A DNA stretch of 64,000 bases from NCBI GenBank assembly GCA_030704615.1, contig CM060733.1:45632001-45696000 (forward strand), written 5' to 3'. Every line of letters starts with the position of its first letter. Position 1 is the first letter of the stretch. The stretch is from Takakia lepidozioides. Lineage: Eukaryota; Plantae; Bryophyta. A program made the position numbers and the translations under genes. The notes under the pieces are model-generated. The model searched no databases, was not told the origin of the DNA, and saw nothing but the letters and a program-made list of their open reading frames with translations. Below, piece by piece: positions 1-12,500 of this stretch.

Positions 1-1253
1 ATAACACTGGGCCTCTCCATGCCCGTGCTTGCCACAATGCCCACACTGCAACTGTGCAGGCTGTGCATGTGCCGGCCCTTTGCCTCCCTCTGGGCAATCC
101 TTCTTGACATGGGGTCCTCCACATGTCCAGCACACCACATCCGCCCGTTGTTGGCCAGCAAATGAAGGGAGAGACCCCTGCATCTGAGGTCCTCTCTGCC
201 CTTCCCTGAGCTTCACCTGAGCCCCCTTGTTGCCTTGAGCACGTTGAGGTAGTGGTTGGCTAGGAGCACCACTACCCCGTGGTGTCTCCTTAGCAAATCC
301 CACCATGACCACTCGTTCCTCCACCATGTTGAGCTCTATCCGCTCTGCCAGCAAAAACACATTTGCTAAGGTGGGTTGGGCCGCTTGTAGGAGAGTTGCA
401 TCCCGCACCCTTCTCCTCAGCTCCTTGTCCAATATCCCATACCAGAATTGGACTGCCTGAGCTTCCGTAACCCCTTGGGTTACATTTATCAAGCGCCTCA
501 TGCGAGTGAAAGCCTCCCTCAAGCTCTCGGTCGGCTTCCGTTGGAACTCTTGCAAGCTCCGCAACTTCTCTGTCCTCACCCCTTGGTAGTTCCCTCTCAA
601 CTCTTCGAAGAACTCCACAACAGGGTTGAAGGCAGGCACGGGTGCTAGTGCTGGTGCGGTAGTGGCTTGGGTGGACGTCGTAGCTACTGTACCACCAGTC
701 CCACTGCTGCTTGCTGAAGCTGCCGGTGCAGCGGCAGGTGTAGCCACTGCCCTCGTGGCTCTAGTGCCCCTAGTGATGGAGACATAGTCGGGTGACCAGT
801 ACATCCTCCACTCCTCGATCTCAACCTCATGCCCCCGCCTGAACTCATGGTAATCATCCATAGGCGGCCCCTCAAGGTGCTGAAACAGCCCTTCCATGCC
901 ATGAAAGGCGTAAATAGTTGTGGATTGCGCATTTGCTGCAAATCACACCAACTATCAAACTCTTGGATAAAATCATCCAACTCGATGGTGCCCACCGCCC
1001 CAGAGTACCTTCGTGGCCCCTTGGTAGCTCCATACATCTCCTCCATTGTGTCCCACAACAATGGCAAAGAAACAACTTGCACCGCCGGTATGAGTCCTCC
1101 TGATTCACAATCCGAATCAGAACCTTCCGTAGAAGACACAGGAGGTGAAGGTGGCCTAAACCGCACACCTCGTCTCGTGTACCCACTAGTATCGCTAGTG
1201 CTCGAACCGGCACTGTCCCCAGCAACTAGTGGCACCTCCGTGTTGACACTCAA
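1..1253 (-). pseudogene. gag (frameshifted), including zinc-knuckle region near window start
   Basis: ORF 684..1253 matches copy-2 gag until a frameshift near 885. Nucleotides 1-640 align to about 55560-56200. Confidence 0.85.
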
Positions 1254-1959
1254 CCGGTCATGAACATGTCCCTAACCCCCTCTCCACAAGGTAACCGGGT
1301 AGAGAACCTGTTGCGGCTTATGGTTTGGAATACTAAGTTCCTAACATAGCCTACACCTGTACCTGCATCCACCGCAAGCACTCCTATGGTTGGCTGGTCA
1401 TCACCTCCAACCTCACCACAGGAGAAACAATGATGGTCTGGCTGGTCATCACCCCAGCCTCACCATCGACAGCATGCTCTAGGACTGGCCGGTGATCAAA
1501 TCCGGACCAATCACCTATAAAAACAAGCGCCCACACAAAACTAGCATGGCGCACAGTCAAGCATGCAGGTATGGAGGGGATCCAAACACAAGAAATCAGA
1601 ACGACAACTCCCCCACACCAAAAACAACTCCACGGTGTTGCTCCTGCAAGGACACCCCAGCCCAAACCCGGACTGACTCTTGCCTCCACCTACGGAAAGG
1701 TCTTGGCCTAATGAGAGGGTGGAAACTACGAGGAAGAGAAGCTAAAGCAATGCCTAACCCCAGCATGCTCTCATCCCAACACTCTGCCTCTCCTCTCTTC
1801 CTCACTTGCATGACCATGGGAATATCATGAAGATACTCCTCAAACCGCCCTCCACGAGCTTCAAAATTCGGCCTTCCAGACCACATGCCAGTCCTTAGGC
1901 AGTCCACCAGTGCCTCCACGAGTCAGCACAGGCCGTCCACAGGTCAACACGGGCCACCA

Positions 1960-3560
1960 CAGACCAGCACAGGCCCACACAGCTCACTGGTCACAGCCGT
2001 CACAGTCCCACAGGCCACTGGGCACAGCCTGTCGCAGCCCCTCACAGCCTGTCACAGCCTCAAAGGCCTCAGGCACGGCCTGTCACAGCCCCTCACAGCC
2101 CCTCACAGCCTCAAAGGCCTCAGGCACGGCCTGTCACAGCCCCTCACAGCCCGTCACAGCCCCAAAGGCCATGGGCACGGCCTGTCACAGCCCCTCACAG
2201 CCCGTCACAGCCCCAAAGGCCTCAGGCACGGCCTGTCACAGCCCCTCACAGCCCCTCACAGCCCCAAAGGCCATGGGCACGGCCTGTCACAGCCCCTCAC
2301 AGCCCGTCACAGCCCCAAAGGCCATGGGCACGGCCTGTCACAGCCCCTCACAGCCTCACAGGGCACAGGGCACAGCCTGTCACAGCCCATCACAGCCCAT
2401 CACAGCCTGTCACAGCTTGCCACAGCCCATCACAGCCCGTCACAGCCTCAAAGGCCTAGGGCACGGCCTGTCACAGCCCCTCACAGCCCCTCACAGCCTC
2501 AAAGGCCTCAGGCACGGCCTGTCACAGCCCCTCACAGCCCGTCACAGCCCCAAAGGCCATGGGCACGGCCTGTCACAGCCCCTCACAGCCCGTCACAGCC
2601 TCAAAGGCCTCAGGCACGGCCTGTCACAGCCCCTCACAGCCCGTCACAGCCCCAAAGGCCATGGGCACAGCCTGTCACAGCTCGCCACAGCCTGTCACAG
2701 CCCGTCACAGCCCCAAGGCCTCAGGGCACAGCCTGTCACAGCCCCGCACAGCCCGTCACAGCCCCAAAGGCCACTGGGCACAGCCTGTCACAGCCTGACA
2801 CAGCCCGTCACAGCCCCACAGGGCACAGGGCACAGCCTGTCACAGCCCATCACAGCCGGTCACAGCTTGCCACAGCCTGTCACAGCCCCTCACAGCCCGT
2901 CACAGCCCCAAAGGCCTCAGGCACGGCCTGTCACAGCCCCTCACAGCCCCAAAGGCCACTGGGCACAGCCTGTCACAGCCTGACACAGCCCGTCACAGCC
3001 CCACAGGGCACAGGGCACAGCCTGTCACAGCCCATCACAGCCCATCACAGCCTGTCACAGCTTGCCACAGCCTGTCACAGCCCGTCACAGCCCCACAGGC
3101 CACTGGGCACAGCCTGTCACAGCCCGTCACAGCCCACAGGCCTCAGGGCACAGCCTGTCACAGCCCCGCACAGCCCGTCACAGCTCGCCACAGCCTGACA
3201 CAGCCCGTCACAGCCCCACAGGGCACAGGGCACAGCATGTCACAGCCCCTCACAGCCCGTCACAGCCCAAAGGCCTCAGGCACAGCCTGTCACAGCCCGT
3301 CACAGCCCCACAGGGCACAGGGCACAGCCTGTCACAGCCCATCACAGCCCATCACAGCCTGTCACAGCCCGTCACAGCCCCACAGGCCACTGGGCACAGC
3401 CTGTCACAGCCGTCACAGCCCCACAGGCCTCAGGGCACAGCCTGTCACAGCCCCGCACAGCCCGTCACAGCCCCAAAGGCCACTGGGCACAGCCTGTCAC
3501 AGCCTGACACAGCCCATCACAGCCTGTCACAGCTTGCCACAGCCTGTCACAGCCCCACAC
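1960..3560. repeat. Tandem array of ~10-bp TCACAGCCYN units with ~40-50-bp higher-order blocks, inside the retroelement 5' leader
   Basis: Directly visible. It generates the spurious low-complexity ORFs 1885..3198, 1910..2983 and others. Confidence 0.95.
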
Positions 3561-5077
3561 ATGGCCGCTCTGGCAGTTTAGCCATTTCTCCAAGGGGTTT
3601 AGCCACGCCAAGCTAGGGTTTGTGTCTCTTGGACTCTAGGCTTCTTTCCACCGAGCTATGGTGGCTGTGAGGAAATCAGCAAGGTATCCTTGCTCTTTCG
3701 GCTCCCACACACCACCATAGTAGCCCTAAGCCATGAGGTGGTTGCCACAAACCAAGCCTTCTTTCTCACTTAGCCTCCCCAAACACGCCACTAAACTCAA
3801 TGGCAAACAACCAAGCCCTGCTGGTTCCCAGCCCTTGTGAGCACTCATTCAAGCACTCCCCTCATTGGCCATAGCATCTGTCTTAGAGCCTATTCCAGCC
3901 CTCTACACCTGTTGCTTCAAGAGTTGCGCTCCCTTCAAGCTTGAAGTTGAAACCCCAACTCACATAGGCCCTACAAGTGCTGTTCTTTCACTCCAAGTGG
4001 AAACCAGCCCTAGACCTTCCGTTCTAGCTCTCTAAGGCTTGAAAACAAGAGCCTCAATGGGCTGAAGGCATGCTCCACACATGCCCCACTCTCACCATAA
4101 GAGAATCAGCTCCTTTGCTTCATTTCTTGCACCCACAAACCTGATAATACAAGCTTCAGCAGGCTGAAAGCATGCTCTACATGCCCTACAGGGAAACCAG
4201 CCCCTTCCTTCCTTTCTTGCACTCCCACACCTAAAAGTGCAAGCCTTCACCAGGCTGATAGCATGCTCCACACATACATTGCCCTCACATAAGGGAAGTC
4301 AGCCCTTCCCTCTTCCTTGCTTGCCCTCCAAGCTTGAAGATGGAAGCTTCAATGAGCTGAATACATGCTCCACACATGCAACCTCTTCACACAAGAGATA
4401 TCAGCCCCCTATCTTGGCTCCTTGGCTCCTTGATGCTCTCTAAGACAAGACTAAGCACTCCACAGCCTTGCCAAGCTCCTGAAACCCTAAGGCTTACATT
4501 TCCAGCCACAAGACACTTCTCTTGTGGTGCAAGAGCTCTTCTTCCAAGCTCTGAAACCCTAGGTGCACATTCCATGGCCTTGCCGCACCTCTTAGCTCCT
4601 GTTCCAGCCCTGCTCTTGCCATGACAAGAGCCCTCTCAATGCTGAAGCTCGAGATTGAAACCCAATCTCACCATACTCCACAAAGTGCACTGATTTGCCC
4701 CAAGCCAAATCAGCCCTTTCGCTTGGTCTTGCAATCCTTCACACAATGAAAGCTCGCATTCCCAAGTCCAGTTCTCAGCTTTGCCACCAAAGCCACTATA
4801 ACCTGCTCTTGACTGGTCCTCTTCCCAATCGTGCTTGCTCATGCATGTACACAATCTGAAACCATCAAGGTGCTCTGGAATTACCTACAGTATGGTGCTT
4901 TCATCTCTGAAGCTGAAGATCGAATGCCAAGGTTTACCACCTCGTAACCCACATCGCCTCCGCTTCTAACAACCAAGAGCTCCACGGTGCTCCTTGCATA
5001 ACAACTTGGTTTCTCTCATTCTCAAGCAAAAACCACAAGTGCTACAACTAACTCGTATCTAGCACTCATAGATACGA

Positions 5078-5093
5078 GCTCATCTTTCTCGAG
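5078..5093 (-). promoter_or_regulatory. Primer-binding-site position, complementary to LTR-internal sequence 5259-5274 (self-priming type)
   Basis: gctcatctttctcgag (5078-5093) is the exact reverse complement of ctcgagaaagatgagc (5259-5274) and abuts the LTR end. Confidence 0.8.
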
Positions 5094-5420
5094 TGATAAA
5101 GAAGAAGAATACAAGCACAAGCTCATGCGAGCTCACAAAGCTGAAGCATAAACTCATGCATATATAACCTCATCACTCAAATACAAGTCAAGCCAAGTGC
5201 ACCCCACGCCATGGGGAATCCACACTACGGCGCCATAGCTAGGCGCGGTGAGGCTCAACTCGAGAAAGATGAGCCTCCCGCGCTTGCCGTGAAGATAACC
5301 ACTCCAGGGCCTAAATCTGCCTTGACCCCTGGATTGACACTTGGGCCAATCCCAAATGTCAATATGTAAAAGCTAGCTATTTCCTAGCTAGTTTCACACT
5401 AGTGGTAAAATAACTTGACA
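5094..5420 (-). repeat. 5' terminal repeat (segment B, TG...CA, 327 bp) of retroelement copy 1
   Basis: TG/CA ends. Shares ggctcaactcgag, cgtgaagataa, tttcacact and taacttgaca with copy-2 segment B. Confidence 0.85.
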
Positions 5421-5664
5421 GATGTCTTTATCGTAAATCTGGACAAGTGCCACTTGAGAGGTAGTTGGCTCATTACCATTCTCCTTGTCTGATGACTCAG
5501 CTGATCCGTCCTCTGAACTCTTCGATAAAGGAACTGCTAGGAGCATGTGTGCCACACTCGCTGCCTTCTCAAGGTCATTAATACTGGCAGATTTTGTCTG
5601 CCCACAATGCATTAGGAAAGAAGCCAAGGCTATTTGGAATGCACCCCTAGCTCCTGTTACCAAA
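5421..5664 (-). CDS. Exon of an unidentified host gene interrupted by the retroelement insertion
   Basis: An open frame (VTGARGAFQIALASFLMHCG...VALVQIYDKDI) follows an AG acceptor at 5665-5666 and is cut exactly at the LTR end 5420. A further possible exon lies near 7027-7260. Confidence 0.45.
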
Positions 5665-7303
5665 CTATTGATTATAGGAGGACAAGAAAAAAATCAGATT
5701 CACGTTCCTTGCATGCATCATGTATGATATTCACATTCCTTTCACATGATGATGACAAAAAGAAACATAGTAATTTAAAAAAAACAAGTTCAAAAATGTT
5801 CCCAATGAAAAGTACATGTACAAATATAAGAGATGTGAATCAATAGAAGTGAGTCACATATAAAGGTAGATGATCCCAAAAGTGTCACCAATAAAAAGAG
5901 CCTATACAAGTATAGAGATTAAAGCTCAGACTGATTTAAGCCTAAAATTTCTTTGACCATATAGCAAAAGCCTGAATGTTACAGCCTACAACGTGTGTCT
6001 TTTATATATGGTTGATACCTAAAAATTCAATTACTATACATGTTGACATGAATTAAATGTCTATTAAATGTAATAATTTGATAAATCAAACATTATATTT
6101 TGTTTATAATTCCTATACACCTATCTCTTTGGTATTATAATTACACCTCAATTTCAAAATTCCTGAAATGGAAAAACATTGAATATTTTGAGAGGCAAAA
6201 TCGAATTTTTACAATCCTCTCTTAAATTTTTACTTTTATTTTGTTTTAACTTTAAATTTTACAGTATATATATATATATATATATTAAAAAAAACAATGA
6301 TGTTTTTAAGCTAAACTTCTTTTTAGAATTTTCACATCAGGGTTGTCTAGATTCTTTCAATTTGCACATCTAAACATGTTCATGTATCACACCCAACTTC
6401 TAAAATCTGAATGGCTGCTGAGGCAAGTTGATATACGTGCATGTAAGTGGTTCCTCTTGTAAATCTTATAGGATTGCAAAGAGAAGCTCAGAAGAGACAA
6501 TTTTAAGCATTAATCAAGCATGATCAACACAAATATGTGAGGAATGTAACTTACATTGTTTCAGACGTGATATGATTGCATTGCAATACACCTGATATTT
6601 AAAGCATTGCATTGTTGCAAGATCAGAGCAGTGGAGTGGAGTGCAAGTACAAGTGCGGAGATAGAAGATTGTCAAGCGGAGTGTTAGATGTGGAGGCAAA
6701 GGCAGAGAAGTGAGGGAAATGAAGGTGGAGCAGTGGAGGGTGGAGCTGGCGTCAAAGGGAATGGATGGTGGAGGTGCTTCAAATAAAGTTATACCAAGCC
6801 TGAGACACTCAGACCACTGAGCTAGGCCAACCTTGGGACCACCTCCAAGACCCCTTACTACTATAAATATAAATATAAAAAATGAATGAATGAAGAGCTT
6901 CATTGGTTTCAAAAGGTTCTTCATTTGGTCTTCTCTTGTTTCTTAGACTTTCAGTGTTTTGAGTGGCTGGGTTGTCCAATGGTGCAGGTCATTATGTGCA
7001 TTGAAGTAAAAATAAGTAAACAACCGTCATGAGTGCAAGTTAGTAAAAGCCTTCCTCCTTGAGCTCTTGGGGTTTCTCCAATTTTCATTCACCTCCATGA
7101 TTGAATGTACTGAGCACCGGGCTTGGATTGCTAGTTGTTTATCTGATGACGGCAAGTTCAAATCTCGTAGCCAATTGATTGAAGGCCAAATTGAATGATG
7201 GTATGATTGAAAAAAACATTGACAAACCTCAGAGCACTTTGGAGTCAGGACACACACAGATTCAAGTAACAATTTCATATCAATTTTTATAAAACCTATT
7301 TAA

Positions 7304-8019
7304 CCCCTAAGCGCCGGGAGCCAAATTGGAAAACAACCCAAAAATGGGACCCACTGTCATGAATAACCTTGTATTTGCCAGCAAGGGTTCATCCAGGGAA
7401 TTGAACCGTACTAACTGGTTCTCACCTAATCCACGCAGCTACTAACCAAATTTCAGAAGAAATGACCGTCAATTTAGGGAGATTATAACGAATTACCATG
7501 GTGGATTTATCAAGTCCAAGCAAGTGTGGACAGAAAAAATCACTTTGACCAAGGAAATTTACCATCACAATTTTTTTTGCTCAGTCCCGGACCAACCTCA
7601 GACAGATTCCTTGGTGGGTTAGAATTAGAGGACCAAATTCCAAAAAAATCTACTAGTTGGTTTGTATGTGCAATTAGGGGGGGTGCACTTGGCAGTGACA
7701 GAGAAAATGTTGCCAGTGCCCAAAGGTGAACAGGAATGTGAAATTGATTTTAGAAAAATCCAAAAGCACAAGTGTAGATGGATGCACACAGTACTGCCAC
7801 GTGGCAGGTCAATGGGCCCTGGCCATGGATTTGAGGGCTTAGAAAAATCGTGGTGGCCTGAGATTTTGTCCGATGGGGGTGCATTAAATTCCCTTGTGCG
7901 CAGCTCCACGCCGCGCTCACTTTTCCTTTGGCGACTTTTTTCATCCAAGTACATCCACAAAAGCTATCCGTGGATGAAAATGGTTGTGTCCCGATTCGGG
8001 TCGCGCCGGCCTTTAGGGG
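7304..8019. mobile_element. piggyBac-like non-autonomous element (MITE)
   Basis: TTAA at 7300-7303 and 8020-8023. Termini are cccctaagcgccgg and ccggcctttagggg (imperfect TIR, CCC...GGG). Confidence 0.8.
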
Positions 8020-8342
8020 TTAACCTTTGAAGACGAGGGTGGTTTTTGGAAAAATCGTGTTTTACATTGATTTTTTGACGTTGACAGATCCTGCCAAAAA
8101 ATAAGACGCCTAAATGCAGTATCTAACCGTACCATACAATAGTCAATACAATATTCCTCGTATGTGAAAAAAGTTGGGAACATCTAATGGTGCTATTGAA
8201 ATCTTATAATGAGTATTCGCAACGTATTTTGTGGAGTTCAAATGTAATTTTTGAAAAGGGTTCTGATTTGGCAACAGATATATTCTTTATCAAATTTTCT
8301 AAAATACAATTATTGAGGTTCAGAAATATTTTATCTCATAGG

Positions 8343-9079
8343 TTTATTTATTTATTTATTTATTTTATAACAGGGGTCTGGCCCTGGAAACTTTATTGGA
8401 ATTATTTGAAGGGAAAAAAATTAAAACCCTTGGAGTGCCACAAGGCTGATTGCACGGAGACCGTGCCGGATGACTAAGAACCATAACTGAGAGCCATTTA
8501 CTTGGGCCTGTCCTAGACCATAGAATTTCAGAGGCAATCTAGCCTAGAATATAGAGTTATGAACGTCATGAAGGGTACTTGCAACAGTTTGATACAAAAG
8601 AAAATAAGCCAACCCAAGTCAAGCTTAGACTGCACTACGCTGTGGGAAGGGACTAGGGTTGGAGCCCTAAGGAGATCGAGCCCTTGTAGGGATTCGGACT
8701 TGTTGGCGATTATGGACACCGTTGCAGGATTTGAGGCTGGGAGTTGAACTGAACGGAGCAACGGAGAGAGAGGGGGGGGAGGAAGGGGAGCGACGAAGTG
8801 GAGGAGACCGGAACGGATCAAAGAGACAGAAGAGATTTGCGAGCAAGATGCTTATCAGTGGAAGTGAAGATGAGCAAAGGAGGAGGATCTGACATGCTTC
8901 CAATTGACTTCAGAGCGCTCAAATTCTGGTGAAGCCGAATAAGTGGTTTATGTACTCCTGCCAGCAGGAGGGGATGCTTTCTGCCCATGAATAGGTGAGA
9001 TCGTGATTGCAGCTACAAATGATCCCGTCATTGGCCCAAGTGGCTTTGAAAGTCTGGAGTAAGGCGAACTTGCGCTCGG
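8343..9079 (-). mobile_element. 3' end of an L1-like LINE (ORF2 C-terminus, 3' UTR, (TAAA)n tail); continuation of 21987-23090
   Basis: The reading frame ...LLCAAIAGK at about 21990 continues as PERKFALLQTFKATWANDGIICS below 9080. A (ttta)n tract at 8343-8365 is a likely tail. Confidence 0.7.
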
Positions 9080-9509
9080 GTTTCCCGGCCAGCGTAGCTA
9101 CGGCATGAGCCCAGCCCCGTGAGCCTGGGAGCTGAGCTCACGTTGAAGCTTTGAAGCGTGAGCTGAGCTCACGCTTCAGGGAAGCGTGAGCGGCATGAAT
9201 CTGCTGGAGAAGCAGGTCCTATAGGCGAGGATTGCAGGAAGAGGGCCTATTACCGTGGACAAAACAAAGGAGGCCACCATGCACCATGTCTGCAATGCGT
9301 GCCAAAAAAGAGGAATATGTAAATATGGCAGATTTGAGCTCAGAATGATTGACACAGTTTATTTCAATTCACAGAGAGACGCTTACAATGAATCGCAAGT
9401 GCATTTGCCCTGGTTCCGTGAACGAAATGTATATGTTTGTCATAAAATGAAAAGTCTTCACACGGCAACCTGGAAACCAGCATGGGAAGCGGGCATGGCT
9501 CGTATGTGT

Positions 9510-12500
9510 TCAAAGAGAAGTTGGCGGAGCTCTACGCGAGGTGTCCCGCTGCAGAAGGGTGATGACTTCTCCGTAGCCTAGTGTGGCTTGGTGAATGAAT
9601 TGGTCTCTCTTACCGTCGCAACACATAATTACAAGGTATATGTAATATTGATGCTTGCAGGGGACCCACTTCCCTCTCATGCCGAGAGCGCCCTCACGCA
9701 TTGTTACAAAATCCGGACAAGTGCACGATGGGAAATTCCCGATGGTAACCTGATATTCTTTGGCATGAAGAACTGAGCCAATTGACAGCACTGTGTAAAT
9801 CCGTCCATACCCCGGGGAAGGGACTTCGGTGATACGAGTCACCCTAGCCTGCAAAATTCTAGCCGATTCCATCTTGCATTCGTGATCTGCACCCGAAGCA
9901 ACACGGCGCACTGTTTTTCCATCTCTTTTTGTTGGGTGGGAGTCGGCACCGGGTGGAGGCATTGTCGGAGCATGTGGCACATCTGTGCCGACAGTGCATA
10001 AGGGCACCACCCGGGACCGTGCAAGACAAAACCCTCCCTCCTCCAGCATGCTTATCTCGGTTGAGGACAGCGATGTCCCAATTTTCACAGGCCAAATTGC
10101 GGGGGGAGGGGGCTTCATTATCACGGAAGGACGAACTGTTCCCTTCACGCATCGTGCCATATCGTCTGGGCAGAACCAAAACTTGTGCTCTTTTGACTCC
10201 CCACTATGGTAAGGTCGGAACAACCCTGTGAATGTTGGAGCTGGAGTCCCCCTGGAGCCTTTGCATATTTTTGATTTGCATTTCTTGAATGAGGGGGTCC
10301 GAATTGCCATGCAAGCCACTCTAGATCCCGGTGGGGTGCGTTCTATATGCCAGTCACTATCAATGCAATCAGATTCCTGCACCATGGCCACCACCTCCTC
10401 CAATGGGATTTCCGCTGCTATGCTTGCATGTTCTGCACCTGCTCCACAGGAGGAGGACCCACCTGGGAAGGGGCCGGCACAGGACTTAGTCTGCACTGGA
10501 GACACCTTTGGCACAGAGAAATTGACCCTGTCTGGCCTATGGGAATCTCCATCTGACCCTGGAAGAGTGTTTAATTTCCTTTTGCATGATCCAAATCTTT
10601 CCTCGCCTTCCAAATGGGGGAGCCTGGATTGCAGAGGGGAGCCTTCAGTGCACCTGTTTAGAGCTCTGGCCATCTTTGACGGGTCTCCGGACCTACTCGC
10701 AGCCCTTAGCATCAACAAAGTCGTATCGGGGCCCTTCCCTCCACCCCGTCCCATCAGAAAATTGCGGTACCTGGTTTGTTGTGTAAGTGCCCGCACCATG
10801 TCATCAGCAGTGGCCACATACAAGTCACGACCTGCTTTGGTAGACTGTTGCATCCAGGCGTTGTGAACAGTCTCTGCCAAATTACACGATGGCATGTCGG
10901 CCAAGTCCTCCAAGGACATGTCCTGCAGGAGGCATTGCATGGAAATGTGAGGAAGGAAAAGAAATGGTAGAGGTTCTTCAAGTGACAATCGAACAACCCC
11001 AAATGAACAGGCACGATGCAAAGTGCAATTTGTGTTTAAGGAAAACTTGTGAGGCTTACCGTCGTCATGAAAGCTCCCCACTGTCTGTACCTGAAGTGCC
11101 AGAAAACCAACCAGTCCTCCAACTCCTTCAGGTGGATACCTGTAGCAGCACCAGAGGAGAACCACCAAGCCCGGATTGCCTGGTAAGTGCTCTCAGCTTC
11201 TCCCATTGAGGTGGCATTCTTGTACTTCAGACAGAGCCTTCTATGCTCCAACTGAAGGTCAGGGCGAATGCAGCGCTTTGTATGACGTGCCAGAGATTGA
11301 CTCCAATGGAAGAGGCATGTGCGCTCCCTATTTTCCATTGGGACCCTAGGATCCCCCGAAACAAACACGCGCCGCACTGCATTGAAATTTGCCTGTGCAC
11401 TATCAGCCATGAAGCCCGCAAAATTTGTGTTCTGTATTCCATTGCGCTGCATGACGGCCAGGAGGGAATTCCACATGAGCATCTGGGATTCAGTGTCCTC
11501 CGACTGCATATCACAAATTGCTATGGAGAGCACACGCTGGTACGCTGGATCATACACATGGCACGCCATGGTTGTCCAACCCTTCACCCGTTTGCAGTGA
11601 TCAAACATTAACCAACATTTAGCCAAATCTCCTCCAGGTTGCATTCGGCGGACAATGCTCACACCACTGCCTTGGCCCACAGCGGACATCTTGAACAAAT
11701 ACACTTTGGACGAGCCCTGGCCAGGGAACATACTGTTTTGAATGAATTCATAGCGACTCCTCCGTTTGAGGTCCATAATGTTGTCCATGAATCCAGCAGT
11801 GCCTGTGCCCATTCTGAGTGCATTCACCTGGTTTCGAATATTGGGAGAGCTCAACACGGAGAAATGGTCCATGACTGCCTCAAGGGAATCTGCATCCAGC
11901 ATTGGCTGTGTCGCATCCCCTTCACCCAGTATGTGTTTTTCCAGGAATGCCTTGCTAGCTGCAAGCGCTATAGCAGAAGGTGTTGCACAAGGGGCATTGT
12001 GGAACTCTTGCTTCAGTAGATTTCTAGCGATGTCCACGCTATCCCTGCAACTCCCTTTGGACACAGGATGCTCGTGTGCACCCATATGAATGCAGGCACA
12101 AGTCATTGTCTTGCATCGATGTGCCACCTGATACATACGAGCGTGGCAAACAGAAACACAGGACGGGGAAAGTTTGCAGAACCTGCACACAAAAGTATTG
12201 GTCTTGGGAGGTGCAAGCCCTGGGGTGAAAGGATTCAGGGGCACACCTTCCCACTCACTTTCATTTGGCTGAGCGCTGTTTCTCAGCCGAGGGCAAGAAA
12301 TATTCAGGCACTTGCAATGCCCAACGCAAACCGACATCCGAAATTTCAAGCCAATGTCGTTATGGATGTTCAACGTTTTTGTCCTGCACCAAGGATGTCC
12401 GTCATGTTTCTTGTCCATGCCCTGCAGAAGCCCAGCCAGTCCACTGGAAGACGTGGGAGGGTTGAGCTCAAACAAGATGTCCCCATCAAACTGAGCTGGC

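Larger units (their letters stand above)
1..5420 (-). mobile_element. Ty3/Gypsy-like LTR retrotransposon copy 1 (5' part; runs off the window start), same family as 48733-60486
   Basis: The gag peptide (LLWDTMEEMYGATKGPRRYSGAVGTIELDDFIQEFDSWCDLQQMRNPQLFTPFMAWKG) is nearly identical to ORF 52710..56843. The terminal repeat 5094-5420 ends ...taacttgaca, like 60142-60486. Confidence 0.92.

Noticed and set aside
1885-3616. Long Ser/Gln/Pro/His-rich ORFs
   Set aside because: They are translation artefacts of a stop-free minisatellite.
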